A DNA stretch of 32,130 bases, from assembly GCA_963817525.1 (NCBI GenBank), contig CAWFOU010000004.1, forward strand, positions 1-32,130, in the 5' to 3' direction. The notes under the pieces are model-generated. The model worked only from the letters and a program-made list of their open reading frames with translations, had not been told where the DNA came from and ran no database searches. The number at the start of each line of letters is the position of its first letter. The stretch's first letter is position 1. Both the position numbers and the translations under genes were made by a program. Source of the DNA: an uncultured archaeon. GTDB lineage: Archaea > Thermoproteota > Nitrososphaeria > Nitrososphaerales > Gagatemarchaeaceae. Shown here one piece after another: positions 1 to 9,900 of the stretch.

Positions 1-57
1 CACGATCCAGAGCACCCCCTAAGCCGGTAAAGTGCTGTTCCGATAGAATCCTGTCGC

Positions 58-861
58 TCAGACAACGAAGACGAGAACGCTGAGGAGCAGCGGCACGAAA
101 GTGACCACCCAGAGCAACTTGCTCCAGCGGAACACCTTAGCCCCGTCAAGGGGCATGATCGGCACCATGTTGAACGTAGCAAGGAAGAGGTTTACGAGGA
201 ATCGAATGAGCCCGATGTCGTAAACAATCCCAGTTCCTACTGTCTTAGCAAGTAAGAAGATAATCGCTATCACGACGTTCGTTGCGGTGCCCGCCAGCGA
301 GATGATTCCGTACTGCCTGACGCTGACGTTGTTCCCCGAAATGTAGGTCGCCCCGGTAAGAGCCGCAAAGATGAACCCGAGCGTGGAGGTGATGAGCGCC
401 AGGACGATTCCCATCACCCAAATCCGGAACTCCGCCCAGTATCCATATCTCTCCGCCGTGAACTTGTGCATCAGCTCGTGGAGGACGAACCCGCTACCAA
501 CCGCAACGAACGAGACCACAAATAACAGCACAAGGCCGCCTGCCCCGAACACCGCGCCACCCAGTAGCCCGCCGCTATACGCGATCGTGAACGCAAGAGC
601 GAGGGCTGCCCAAGCGACAAGGATGTCCCTGACTTCCTTTTGGGAGAAGAGGTACGGGCTGCCAGGGGTGTGGCTCGAAGTGCCCGAGTAGATTGACCCG
701 TCCCAAGACCGCGTAGTTGCTGGGTTCGCGACGATCCTCCTGGTCAGGTCCCCCCTGCACGCGTGCGCCTCGGGCAAGCGGTGCTCCGCGCAGAAGGTCC
801 CCCCGGAGTAGTTGCAGGTGAAGGGAAGGTCTTCCTCCTTCCCGCAAAAGTCGCACTTCAA
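58..861 (-). CDS. AN1-type zinc finger fused to M50-family (site-2) intramembrane metalloprotease
   Basis: N-terminal CDFC...CNYSGGTFCAEHRLPEAHAC matches the AN1 finger pattern (one Cys replaced by Ser). HELMH (HExxH) lies in a hydrophobic segment and NMVPIMPLDG matches NxxPxxxxDG. Several TM stretches; TTG start. Confidence 0.88.
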   Translation of the reverse strand: MKCDFCGKEEDLPFTCNYSGGTFCAEHRLPEAHACRGDLTRRIVANPATTRSWDGSIYSGTSSHTPGSPYLFSQKEVRDILVAWAALALAFTIAYSGGLLGGAVFGAGGLVLLFVVSFVAVGSGFVLHELMHKFTAERYGYWAEFRIWVMGIVLALITSTLGFIFAALTGATYISGNNVSVRQYGIISLAGTATNVVIAIIFLLAKTVGTGIVYDIGLIRFLVNLFLATFNMVPIMPLDGAKVFRWSKLLWVVTFVPLLLSVLVFVV

Positions 862-887
862 TTAGTTAGCTGACGGGGCTTGCGGCA

Positions 888-895
888 TTATTTAA
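888..895 (-). promoter_or_regulatory. Putative archaeal TATA box of the M50 protease gene
   Basis: TTAAATAA on the minus strand, about 27 nt upstream of the TTG at 861, in a GC-rich background. Confidence 0.55.
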
Positions 896-911
896 TGATG
901 ATTCACTGCAT

Positions 912-1124
912 TCAGCCGATGCGCCTATAAGCGAGGACGCAGACCGCGATCACAGGGATGTACACCAATATCGCGTACGTGACGCTTAGTGGGTCGGAAC
1001 CGAAGTCCGCTATTGGCGCGCCCGCGATCAATATCAGCACGAAGAGGAGGAGGACTAACATAACGACAAGGATGGCCACTTTCACACCCTTCTTCTGCCC
1101 TGCAGTCAGTTCCTCGTTGCTCAA
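912..1124 (-). CDS. Small hypothetical membrane protein (2 TM)
   Basis: 70 aa with two hydrophobic helices; starts immediately after the stop of the upstream gene. Confidence 0.65.
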   Translation of the reverse strand: MSNEELTAGQKKGVKVAILVVMLVLLLFVLILIAGAPIADFGSDPLSVTYAILVYIPVIAVCVLAYRRIG

Positions 1125-1874
1125 CTAAGTAACACCTCCTGCGTTAGCCACCGCGATCATCACGTCCGCTATTATGGTCAGGAGCACCGCGACGAGCAAG
1201 ATGGTCACAATTAGTCTGAAGGCGAACCTTGCCGACTTGGCGCCAGTGTTGTAACTGTCCTTGAGGAATAGCCCCTCAATCCTACCGAGTATGGTCACAG
1301 GTCTCTTTTGAAGAATTGTGAAGTTGAAAAGCAAGTCATAGAAAAAGATGAGGCAGAACCATCCTACGAAGTTGTAGATTGGCACCCCGAGGATGTAAAC
1401 GGACGGGTTGATCCACTGCCACAAGGTATTCGAGATGGCCACCGGGTCGATAAGGAGGTCTATGTTGACTGCCAAGAGCCCCGCGCAAGCTGCCTGCAAG
1501 AACGGGCTCCTACCGGGAAGGAGAACCTCGTGGAAGATCACGAAGAGAGAAAGTGCGACAATCACCCACCCGAGTTCGACCCAGAGAGGAACGCGTCCCA
1601 CCCAGAAGATATAGCCAGGGTAATGCGGCCCGAACAGTCCGGCATAGGTGTAGTATGTGTATGACCCTGCTATCACGCCCAGGTTCTCGATTATGGATGT
1701 CCAAAGGATGGAGCCTGCAAGGAAGTACGCGGCCTTCTCGTTGCCGTAGACCTTAGCGCCCGCGAACGCGACGATGCAGGCTATGACTATCGTCCCAAGC
1801 TCCGCCGTGACCGGAACATACCAGGGCAGCACAGCTAGGCGCATCCTCCTAGGCCAGATGACGCCACCTCCCAA
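1125..1874 (-). CDS. CruF-like carotenoid biosynthesis family membrane protein (DUF422)
   Basis: Internally duplicated motifs ENLGV..GSYTY...GRVPLWVELGW and DLLIDPVA...WQW...LGVPIYNFVGWF are typical of this family. Start uncertain (ATG at 1844 is an alternative). Confidence 0.75.
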   Translation of the reverse strand: MGGGVIWPRRMRLAVLPWYVPVTAELGTIVIACIVAFAGAKVYGNEKAAYFLAGSILWTSIIENLGVIAGSYTYYTYAGLFGPHYPGYIFWVGRVPLWVELGWVIVALSLFVIFHEVLLPGRSPFLQAACAGLLAVNIDLLIDPVAISNTLWQWINPSVYILGVPIYNFVGWFCLIFFYDLLFNFTILQKRPVTILGRIEGLFLKDSYNTGAKSARFAFRLIVTILLVAVLLTIIADVMIAVANAGGVT

Positions 1875-2028
1875 CGCACAAGAGTCATGGCCGGATTGAC
1901 GTTTTTCGCTCTCGCTGACAACATTTTATGCCTTTCTTCGTGATTTTGCTAAGATTCCTTGAAATTAGCATATAAAGTGAATGGAGCAGAAATCTATCCG
2001 TCGATTTCGGACTGGCACGGAGTCCATG

Positions 2029-2271
2029 TCACGCCTGGATCTCGTCCTTCAGTCCGTGGATCTTCTCCAGGTGCACTTTGAAAGTCGAGGTGTCCCTCTC
2101 CGTCATCCCCGCGAGGGTGGGGTAGAGGCCCAGCACGAACCAGCAGAAAGAGCAGCTCGTGCTCGACTGCGCCTTGGCGTGGACGTTCACCGAGTACGCC
2201 TTCCTTCCGCCCACGGATGCGTCTGTTGCGATTCTGTCGTTGTTCATGTCGCTTGCATCATCAATGAGCAT
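2029..2271 (-). CDS. Small putative zinc-binding protein (CxxC...HxxxxH), paralog of 14363..14596
   Basis: CSFCWFVL...YP.L.GMT.RDT.TF..HL...HGL is conserved with the second copy in this window. Confidence 0.75.
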   Translation of the reverse strand: MLIDDASDMNNDRIATDASVGGRKAYSVNVHAKAQSSTSCSFCWFVLGLYPTLAGMTERDTSTFKVHLEKIHGLKDEIQA

Positions 2272-2489
2272 TGGCGCGCTACTTCTGGATTCTAGCCGAA
2301 GACGGCATGAAGGTCGCCGGGATTTGTGGAATTCGCGAGGAGGTCAGGACTGGATTTCGCTTCCATTGCGACCGGCAGCATACTCAAGGTTGGGCTTCTC
2401 GAACCAAATAATGGCGGGGCGCGGCGGCGTTCGAAGACGACGACAGTCTCGCGCTCTGGCGTATCCACAGCGGGAATCGTTGTAGGACG

Positions 2490-5400
2490 CTATGTGTGCT
2501 GGAACGTCATGAAGACGGCGTTCACATAGTCCGTGACCTCGATCGTATAGTAGCCCGCTGTGGCCGTCGGGACCGAGAAGGTGACGCCTGACGGGATGTT
2601 GCCCGACGCGGTCGTCGTGAAGGTGGCCAGCGTCGTCATCTGTCCTTCCGAGTTTATCCAGCCTACTATCGCCGTGGAGCTGGCATCGAAGTCGCACGGG
2701 GCAGTGCAGCTCACGGTGACCGTGGCTCCTGTCGAGCCCGCCGTTGGGGTGGTGTAGGCGTTTGACTCGGTGATTATACCATACGGGTAGGGGACCGTCT
2801 CTCCCATGAGGGTCCCGTCGCTGAAAATGCCTGTGAGGGCGAAGTACGCCTCGAAGGGCGTCCCGTAGTTGTTCCCGAAAGGCTGCGTCGTGGAGCCCAG
2901 GGCAGCCGTGGCGGCGAAGTAGATGGTCGTCGGGACGTTCCACGCGAGCGTCAGGAACTGTCCACCTGTGGTTGAGGTATAGGCGTTCACGGTCGTCGAG
3001 CCAGGGTTCAGTCCGTCGATGATGTAGTAGTGGGCCTGGATGTAGCCTAGGTCGTACGTGTTGCTCTCCTTTGAGCCTATGGCTATCTCGCTCTGCGGCC
3101 AGAGGGTGAGCGCGCGATGCTGCGAGTCCACGTTGGTGAAGGTCGCCTCCCAGACCAGCACCGCGCTCGCGGGCACCCCCATGGTGGGGTAGCCTCCCAC
3201 CTGGATTCCGCTCTGCGGGTTGAACGGGGTGCTGAAGGACATCGAGGCCTCCGCCCAAGGGGTGGAGGTGCCCAAGGTGATCGGGACGGTGTTCGCCGCG
3301 CCTCCGTCGGAGTTCGACGAGTCGTACTCGCTGCACCCCTCAACCGAGCTGCAGGTGCCGCCGAGCGTGAAACCGGTCCCGGCTGTGAAGGCGTTAGAAC
3401 TGGAAGCGCCCTCGGCGTTCCCGACGATGAACGAGTCGGTGGCGGGGGTGTAGGCCGTGACGGCGGCGCCCGTCGAACCCGTGGAAGAGCTTCCTGTCGA
3501 GGTCAGAAAGTTCGACGTGGTGTACCCGTTGATCTCGTAGATCGAGACGGAGCCGGCCACCGTGGATGCGAACGCCGTCGTTATCGTGTTAGACCCCGAG
3601 GTCCCCGCGGTGGCATACCAGATGTACGAGTAGTAGTCGCTGACCACCGGCGAGAGCACCACGGCTGCTTCTACCCACGGGGCAGAGGGGCTGATCGACA
3701 TCGGGACCATGGTCGCGGTGCCAACGCCCGTCTGGTACTCTCCACAGCCGCTCACCGAGCTGCAGCTTCCCGAGAGCGTGTAGCCGCTTCCTGCCGTGTA
3801 GGTCGTCGAGGTGGTCTCCGTGTCTCCAACCACGACTGAGCCTGCAAGGGTCGGGGTGACCGATGTGACCGACGTGGAGGCCCCGCTCGCCGAAGAGCTT
3901 CCGGTCGAGGTGAGTAGTCCGGTCGCGGTCACCCCGCTTATCTCATAGATGGAGACCGATCCCGCGACCGTCGAGCCGAAGCTGGCGCTTATCGTGTCCG
4001 CGCCCGAGCTCGCGGCGGTCGCGTAATAGATGTACGAGTAGTAAGTGCTCGCGGAGAGAGGAGCGAAGGACATCGCCGCCTCCACCCACGCCGTCGACGC
4101 GCTGAGTGTGAAGAGCGTCTGGGTGGCCGAGCCCAGCCCGGTCTCGTATTCGTTGCACCCCTCAGCGGCGTCGCTCGCGTCGCACCCACCGCTCCCGCTT
4201 GCTATCGTGGTGTAGCCCGAGCCCACCGTGTACTTCGTCGAGGCCGAGCCCGTCTCCACGTTCCCCAGAACGAAAGAGTTCGAGCTCGGCGTGAAGGAGC
4301 TCACGCCGGCAGAAGTGGAGCCCGCAGAGGAGCTGCCGGTCGACGATTGCGTACTGCTAGTCGAGTACCCTGAGATCTCGTAAATCGAGATGGTGCCCGC
4401 CACTGTGGCCGCGAAGGAGGCCGTTATGGTGTCCGCCCCGGAACTCTGCGCCGTGCCGTACCAGATGTAGGAGTAGTAGGTCTTGGGAAGGGGCGCGAAA
4501 GATATCGCCGCCTCCACCCAGGCAGGGGACGTGCCGAGGTTCGTAGAGACCGTCGTCGAGCCTGACGATGCCGTCTCGTACTCGCTGCAACCGTAGACGG
4601 TATTGCAGGTCGCCACCAGGGTATAGCCGCCTCCGTTGCTGAACGTCGTTCCTGCGTTAGTCTCCGCGTTCCCGATGACTACCGAGCCCGAAGTCGGCGT
4701 GAACGACGTGACCGTCGCCGTGTTCGAGCCTGCGCTCGAACTCCCCGTGGATGTGAGCGCCCCGGTCGTGGTCACACCGCTAAACTCGTACATCGAGACC
4801 GAGCCGGTCACGGCCGAAGAGAAGCTAGCGGAGATCGTGTCTGCTCCAGAGGTCGCCGCGGTCGCGTACCATACGTAAGAGTAGTACGTCGTGGCCGCTT
4901 CGACTGCGTCGGTTACCTCCGCACCGTATGCGTCGCTGCCGCCGCACGATGTGGCCAGGTTCGTCTGGGTTGAGGTGACTGTCTTGTATGCCACGTACTC
5001 GTCGATCGAGTAGCCGTTGTTGGCTTCCACGGACGTCCAGCCACTGGGATTGCTCCCAGCGTAGGCCGAGCAAGCGTAGATCAGCATGTCGTCCGCGTTG
5101 CTGGTGGACATTGTCGTGGAGGGGTTGCTGGTAGCCGCGTTGGTGGCGGGGACGGAAGTGTTCGGGTCGAACGGGCTGGCCGTGTTAGCCCCGCTTATCC
5201 CGAAGACCGTGATCCAGACCTCCTGGTTCGCCGTCCCGGAGAGCGTCGCGGTTATCGTGGCGGAGCTGAGGGTGGAAGACGCTACCGCGTACCACTCGTC
5301 CACGTTCTGGTAGTACTCGGCGCCATCCTCGACCGCGCCGGTTTCCCTGCTGTGCCAGGTGAGGCCCCCTCCAGAGATGCTCGAGACCGTCGGGGGAGCG

Positions 5401-6920
5401 GTCGGCTCCTGAGTGACCGGGCTTACGTACGCGATTATGACGTCGTTCGTGTGGCTCGTCGTGAGGGTCGCAGCTATGGAGGAGGCGCTCCCTGACTCCG
5501 CGGAGTTAGAGCCGTCTATAGCCAAGCTGCCCGAGCCCCCTACTTGGACTGAGTTCGAAGCCCCGAGGGTGAACGTGTCGCCCAGGGTGTCCGTGGGCGT
5601 GGAGGGCGGGCTCTGGCCATACCATCCGAGTCCAAAGACGAGCGTGTTCCCTGCCGTGACAGAAGATGAGTACGCAAGCGAGCACGTCGCCGAGTTGCAG
5701 TTCGAGTTATAGCGGTCTTGGACCAGCGCAGGGGTGAAGGTGCCGGTCTGGACAGAGTTCGAAGCTCCGAGGGTGAACGTGTCGCCCAGGGTGTCCGTGG
5801 GCGTGGAGGGCGGGCTCTGGCCATACCATCCGAGGCTGTAGAGCAAGGTGTTCCCAGCCGTCACCGAAGATCCGTACGCGAGCCCGCAAGACGCCGAGTT
5901 GCAGTTCGAGGTGTACTTGTCCTGGACCAGCGCGGGCGTACCAGGGTTTACGCCGACCGACTGAGACGCGCCCAGCGTGAACGTATCCCCACGGGTGTCG
6001 GTAGGCGCGGACGGAGGACTCTGATTGGCCCACCCGACCGCATAGACGAGCGTGTGACCAGCGGTGACAGAGGAGGTGAAGGCCAGCCCGCACGTCGCCG
6101 CGTTGCAGTTCGAGGTGTACTTGTCCTGGACCAGGGCGGGCGAAGCGGAGACCGCCACCGATGACGACGTTCCTAGATGGAACACGTCGCCGCGGGTGTC
6201 TGTCGGAACGCCCGATGGGGGGGCGTTGTTTGCCCACCCCACCGCATCGACCAGGATGTTCCCTGCCGTGACCGAAGAGGAGTAAGCGAGGGCGCAATTT
6301 TGGGAGTTGCAGTTGGCGACGTAGTTCTTCTGCACAAGGGAGGAGGCCTCAGGGATGAGCTGGACCCACTTTAGGTTGTCTAGGTTCACCGACACCGCCT
6401 GGGTAGACCCGGTGTCGGAGGCCGGCTCCGGGTAGGTCTGGGTATAGGTGTTCCCGCGCGCCGTGAGCACCTTCAGGGTGTCCGTCGTCCCCGGGGAGTA
6501 GACATATCCGGTGTCGATGGTGGAAGACCCTTTGCCGGCATCGATCGTCTCCCAAAGGGTGGGAGTGGAGTTGCTGCACCCGGACCCCGCCGGGAAGCCG
6601 ACGCCGTCGCACTTTAGCAGGGCGCCCGTCGAGGAGAGGACGAGGACGGCTGTCATGTTCACAGTGATCGAGGAGGTATCGTTTGCGAAGAACCCAACGT
6701 CTCCGTCGGGTTCGAGCAGGGTGGCGACGGTGAGGCTCTCGGTCTGCCTCCCCTGGATCTTGTTGGCCGCGGCGAGTAGGCTCGTGGAATAAGCCGCGTT
6801 CTGCGAGTTCACGTAGATGTAGTATGACGTCCCGACCGAGAACATTATCGCGAATATGATGACGATGGCGACGATGCCGGCTATCCCTCTCCTGGCTTTC
6901 GCCCCGCGCCCCATCTTCAT
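2490..6920 (-). CDS. Giant type IV pilin-like adhesin with nested repeat domains (1476 aa)
   Basis: Class III signal peptide ARRG|IAGIVAIVIIFAIMF. Ser/Thr/Gly-rich beta protein with four ~68-aa and four ~140-aa repeats around a central domain, paired cysteines, an Ig-like C-terminus and no C-terminal TM anchor. Confidence 0.85.
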   Translation of the reverse strand: MKMGRGAKARRGIAGIVAIVIIFAIMFSVGTSYYIYVNSQNAAYSTSLLAAANKIQGRQTESLTVATLLEPDGDVGFFANDTSSITVNMTAVLVLSSTGALLKCDGVGFPAGSGCSNSTPTLWETIDAGKGSSTIDTGYVYSPGTTDTLKVLTARGNTYTQTYPEPASDTGSTQAVSVNLDNLKWVQLIPEASSLVQKNYVANCNSQNCALAYSSSVTAGNILVDAVGWANNAPPSGVPTDTRGDVFHLGTSSSVAVSASPALVQDKYTSNCNAATCGLAFTSSVTAGHTLVYAVGWANQSPPSAPTDTRGDTFTLGASQSVGVNPGTPALVQDKYTSNCNSASCGLAYGSSVTAGNTLLYSLGWYGQSPPSTPTDTLGDTFTLGASNSVQTGTFTPALVQDRYNSNCNSATCSLAYSSSVTAGNTLVFGLGWYGQSPPSTPTDTLGDTFTLGASNSVQVGGSGSLAIDGSNSAESGSASSIAATLTTSHTNDVIIAYVSPVTQEPTAPPTVSSISGGGLTWHSRETGAVEDGAEYYQNVDEWYAVASSTLSSATITATLSGTANQEVWITVFGISGANTASPFDPNTSVPATNAATSNPSTTMSTSNADDMLIYACSAYAGSNPSGWTSVEANNGYSIDEYVAYKTVTSTQTNLATSCGGSDAYGAEVTDAVEAATTYYSYVWYATAATSGADTISASFSSAVTGSVSMYEFSGVTTTGALTSTGSSSAGSNTATVTSFTPTSGSVVIGNAETNAGTTFSNGGGYTLVATCNTVYGCSEYETASSGSTTVSTNLGTSPAWVEAAISFAPLPKTYYSYIWYGTAQSSGADTITASFAATVAGTISIYEISGYSTSSTQSSTGSSSAGSTSAGVSSFTPSSNSFVLGNVETGSASTKYTVGSGYTTIASGSGGCDASDAAEGCNEYETGLGSATQTLFTLSASTAWVEAAMSFAPLSASTYYSYIYYATAASSGADTISASFGSTVAGSVSIYEISGVTATGLLTSTGSSSASGASTSVTSVTPTLAGSVVVGDTETTSTTYTAGSGYTLSGSCSSVSGCGEYQTGVGTATMVPMSISPSAPWVEAAVVLSPVVSDYYSYIWYATAGTSGSNTITTAFASTVAGSVSIYEINGYTTSNFLTSTGSSSTGSTGAAVTAYTPATDSFIVGNAEGASSSNAFTAGTGFTLGGTCSSVEGCSEYDSSNSDGGAANTVPITLGTSTPWAEASMSFSTPFNPQSGIQVGGYPTMGVPASAVLVWEATFTNVDSQHRALTLWPQSEIAIGSKESNTYDLGYIQAHYYIIDGLNPGSTTVNAYTSTTGGQFLTLAWNVPTTIYFAATAALGSTTQPFGNNYGTPFEAYFALTGIFSDGTLMGETVPYPYGIITESNAYTTPTAGSTGATVTVSCTAPCDFDASSTAIVGWINSEGQMTTLATFTTTASGNIPSGVTFSVPTATAGYYTIEVTDYVNAVFMTFQHT
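3222..4892 (-). repeat. Four intragenic ~140-aa 'B' repeats (YYSY.WYATA..SGADTI...WVEAA.SF.P)
   Basis: Units begin near 4892, 4484, 4052 and 3642 in the translation of 2490..6920. Confidence 0.85.
5540..6341 (-). repeat. Four intragenic ~68-aa 'A' repeats (PALVQ..Y..NCN...C.LAY.SSVTAG..L...GW...P...PTDT.GD.F.LG.S.SV)
   Basis: Units begin near 6341, 6140, 5936 and 5732 (period about 204 nt). Positions 5551-5630 and 5755-5834 match at 79/80 nt. Confidence 0.88.
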
Positions 6921-6949
6921 CTTTGGTCACTCGTCCCCTGGCAGGCTCG

Positions 6950-9900
6950 CTACGTGTGCTGGAACGTCATGAAGACCGAGTTGGTGTAGTCGGTGACCAC
7001 GATCGTGTAGTAGCCCGCCGTGGCGGTCGGGACCTGGAAGGTGACCCCGGACGGGATGTTGCCCGACCCGGTCATCGTAAAGGTGGTCAACGCCGTCATC
7101 TGCCCCGCCGAGTTCAACCAGCCGACGGCCGCCTTCGCGCTGTCGGTGAAGTCGCACGGCGAAGTGCAGCTCACGGTGACCGTGGCGCCTGTCGAGCCCG
7201 CTGTGGGCGTCGTGTAGGCGTTGGCGTCGGTGATTATGCCGTAGGGATACGGGATGGTCTCCCCGAACAGGGTCCCGTCGCTCATTATGCCGGAAAGGGC
7301 GAAGTACGCTTCGAAGGGGGTGAGGACGTTGGTCCCGAACGCCTGAGTCGTGGAGCCGAGGGCCGCAGTGGAAGCGAAGTAGAGGGTCGTCGGGATGTTG
7401 TAGGCGAGCGTGATGAAGGCGCTGGTCGAGTATGCGTTCACCGTCGTCGACCCGGAGTTCAGCCCGGAGATGAGGTAGTAATGGGCCTGCTGGTAGTCGA
7501 TGTCGAACCCGTCGAACTCGGCCGAGCCAATCGCCATCTCTGTCTGTGGCCAGATGGTGATCGCCCTGTGCAGCGGGTCGACGTTTGTGAACGTCACCTC
7601 CCATACGATGTCAGCGCCGCTCGGCACACCCATGGTGGGGTAGCCTCCCACCTGGATTCCGCTCTGAGGGTTGAACGGCGTGCTGAAGGACATCGAGGCC
7701 TCCACCCATGGGGTCGAGGCGCCCAAGGTGATCGGGACGGTGTTCGCCGCGCCTCCGTCGGAGTTCGACGCGTCGTACTCGCTGCACCCGCCTACCGAGC
7801 TGCACGTCCCGCCGAGGGTGAAGCCGCTGGTCGCGGTGAATGTAGTCGTGCCGGAAGCGCCCTCGGCGTTCCCGACGATGAACGAGTCGGTGGCGGGGGT
7901 GTAGGAGGTGACAGCCGCCGTCGTGGAGCCTGTCGACGAGCTGCCTGTCGACGACAAAGCACCCGAGATGGTGTAGCCGGTTATCTCGTAGATCGAGACC
8001 GAGGCGGCCACGGTCGAGCCGAACGCGGTCGTAATGGTGTCGGAGCCGGAGGTCCCCACGGTCGCGTACCAGAAATATGAGTAGTAGTTTGTGATTATGG
8101 GAGCGAAGATGACCGCCGCCTCCACCCATGGTTCGGAGGGGCTGATGGACATCGGGACAGTGGTGGCCGTCCCCACGCCCGTCTGGTACTCCCCGCAGCC
8201 CGTGACGGTGCTACAGCTGCCTGAGAGCGTGTAGCCGCTCCCGGCCGTGTAGGTGGTCGCAGGGGTCTCTGAATTCCCTATCACCACGGACGCGGCCAGG
8301 GTGGGAGTCACAGACGAAACGGAGGTGGTTGACTGGGCGGACGCCGAGCTCCCTGTCGAAGTGAGGAGGCCGGTCGCGGTCACCCCGCTTATCTCGTATA
8401 TCGAGACGGAGCCCGCGACCGTAGACCCGAAGCTGGCGGTTATGGTGTCCGCGCCCGAGCTCGCGGCGGTCGCGTAATAGATGTACGAGTAATAGGTGAT
8501 ACTCGTCAGCGGGGCAAAGGAGGCAGCAACATCCGCCCACGGGGTGGATGCGCTGAGGGTGAAAGGAGTGGTGGTCGCGGAGCCCAGGCCGAGCTCGTAT
8601 TCGCCGCAGCCCTGTGAGGCGTCACTTGCGTCACAGCCCCCGCTCCCGCTGGCGACCGTCGTGTATCCCGACCCGACGGTGTACCTGGTCGAGGTGGACC
8701 CCGTCTCCACGTTGCCCACCGCGAACGAGTTCGAGCTGGGCGTGAAAGAGCTCACGCTGGCAGCAGTCGAGCCTGCGGTCGAGCTGCCGCTCGAGTAAAG
8801 AACCCCGGAGGTAGAGTACCCGGTTATCTCGTAGATGGACACTGAGCCTGTGACCGCCGCGTTGAAGGTCGCGGTAATCGTGTCCGAACCACTACTCGAC
8901 GCTGTCGCATACCAGATTTCTGACTCGTAGAGGGTCGAGCCGCTCAAGGCCGACTGGGACACGGACAGGGTGAAGGAGTCACCGAGCGAGTCGGTCACGG
9001 AGGTCGGCGACCCTGTGCCCAATGAGGTCGTCCCGAACGAGGTCGATGGCATGGCGCCGTTGGGTGGATAGGCTCGGGCGCGCATGAAGTTGTACTCCAC
9101 CGAGATGGGATAGCTGGACGTCGTGCCGCTGACCTGGCCTAGGTAGAGGTTTGACGCCCCGCTGATCGGGTTGTTCGAGACCGTCCCGCTGTACCCTCCC
9201 GTCGAGGAGTAGAACTGGGGGGCCACGAACGAGCTCCACGACGACGCGCCCGTACCTGTGTACGTCAGGGTCGCGTAAAGCCAACCCGCAGTCGCCGTCC
9301 CCACGCCGTTCTGGTCGGTGGTGACCGTCCCGCCGCTCTCGTAGTCCTGGTCGAAATAATCGCCGTTGTATCCGCAGTTCCCGCTTATCGCGTTCGTTAT
9401 GCTCGCGGCTGCCACGTTGTTCACGAGGCCGACCGCGCCCGTATCCGTGCCTGGGCTGGAGCAGCTCGCGCCTGAGAAGCTCGATTCGACTATCATGGCC
9501 GCGTTGGTCAGCGCTGCGCTGAACGAGAAGACCGGGTTATTCCCGTTATAGCCTGTCGCCTTTATCGCGTTTATCGTCGAGCCCCCTGGACCTGCGACCC
9601 CCGTGGCCTTGGCTATGGTGTACCCTGAATACACGGAGAAGCTCGTCGTAGCCGTGTTCCCGTTGAAGTAGGCGTTGAAGACGTTGGCTCCGTTGTCGTA
9701 CTGGGCGTACGTCGAGGACAGGTTGGGCGCCTCGCCCCAGTAGTTGTCGTCGAAGTTCACTCCCGTTCCCTCGAAGACCATGTATATCGTGAGGGTTCCT
9801 CCAGCCGAGATCGCCGAGGTCAGTTTGACCCAGGCCGTCGCCGAAGTAGAGGTCGACCCGCTGGTGCTGCAGGCGCTGGAGCACGACTCCAGCCAGGCGT

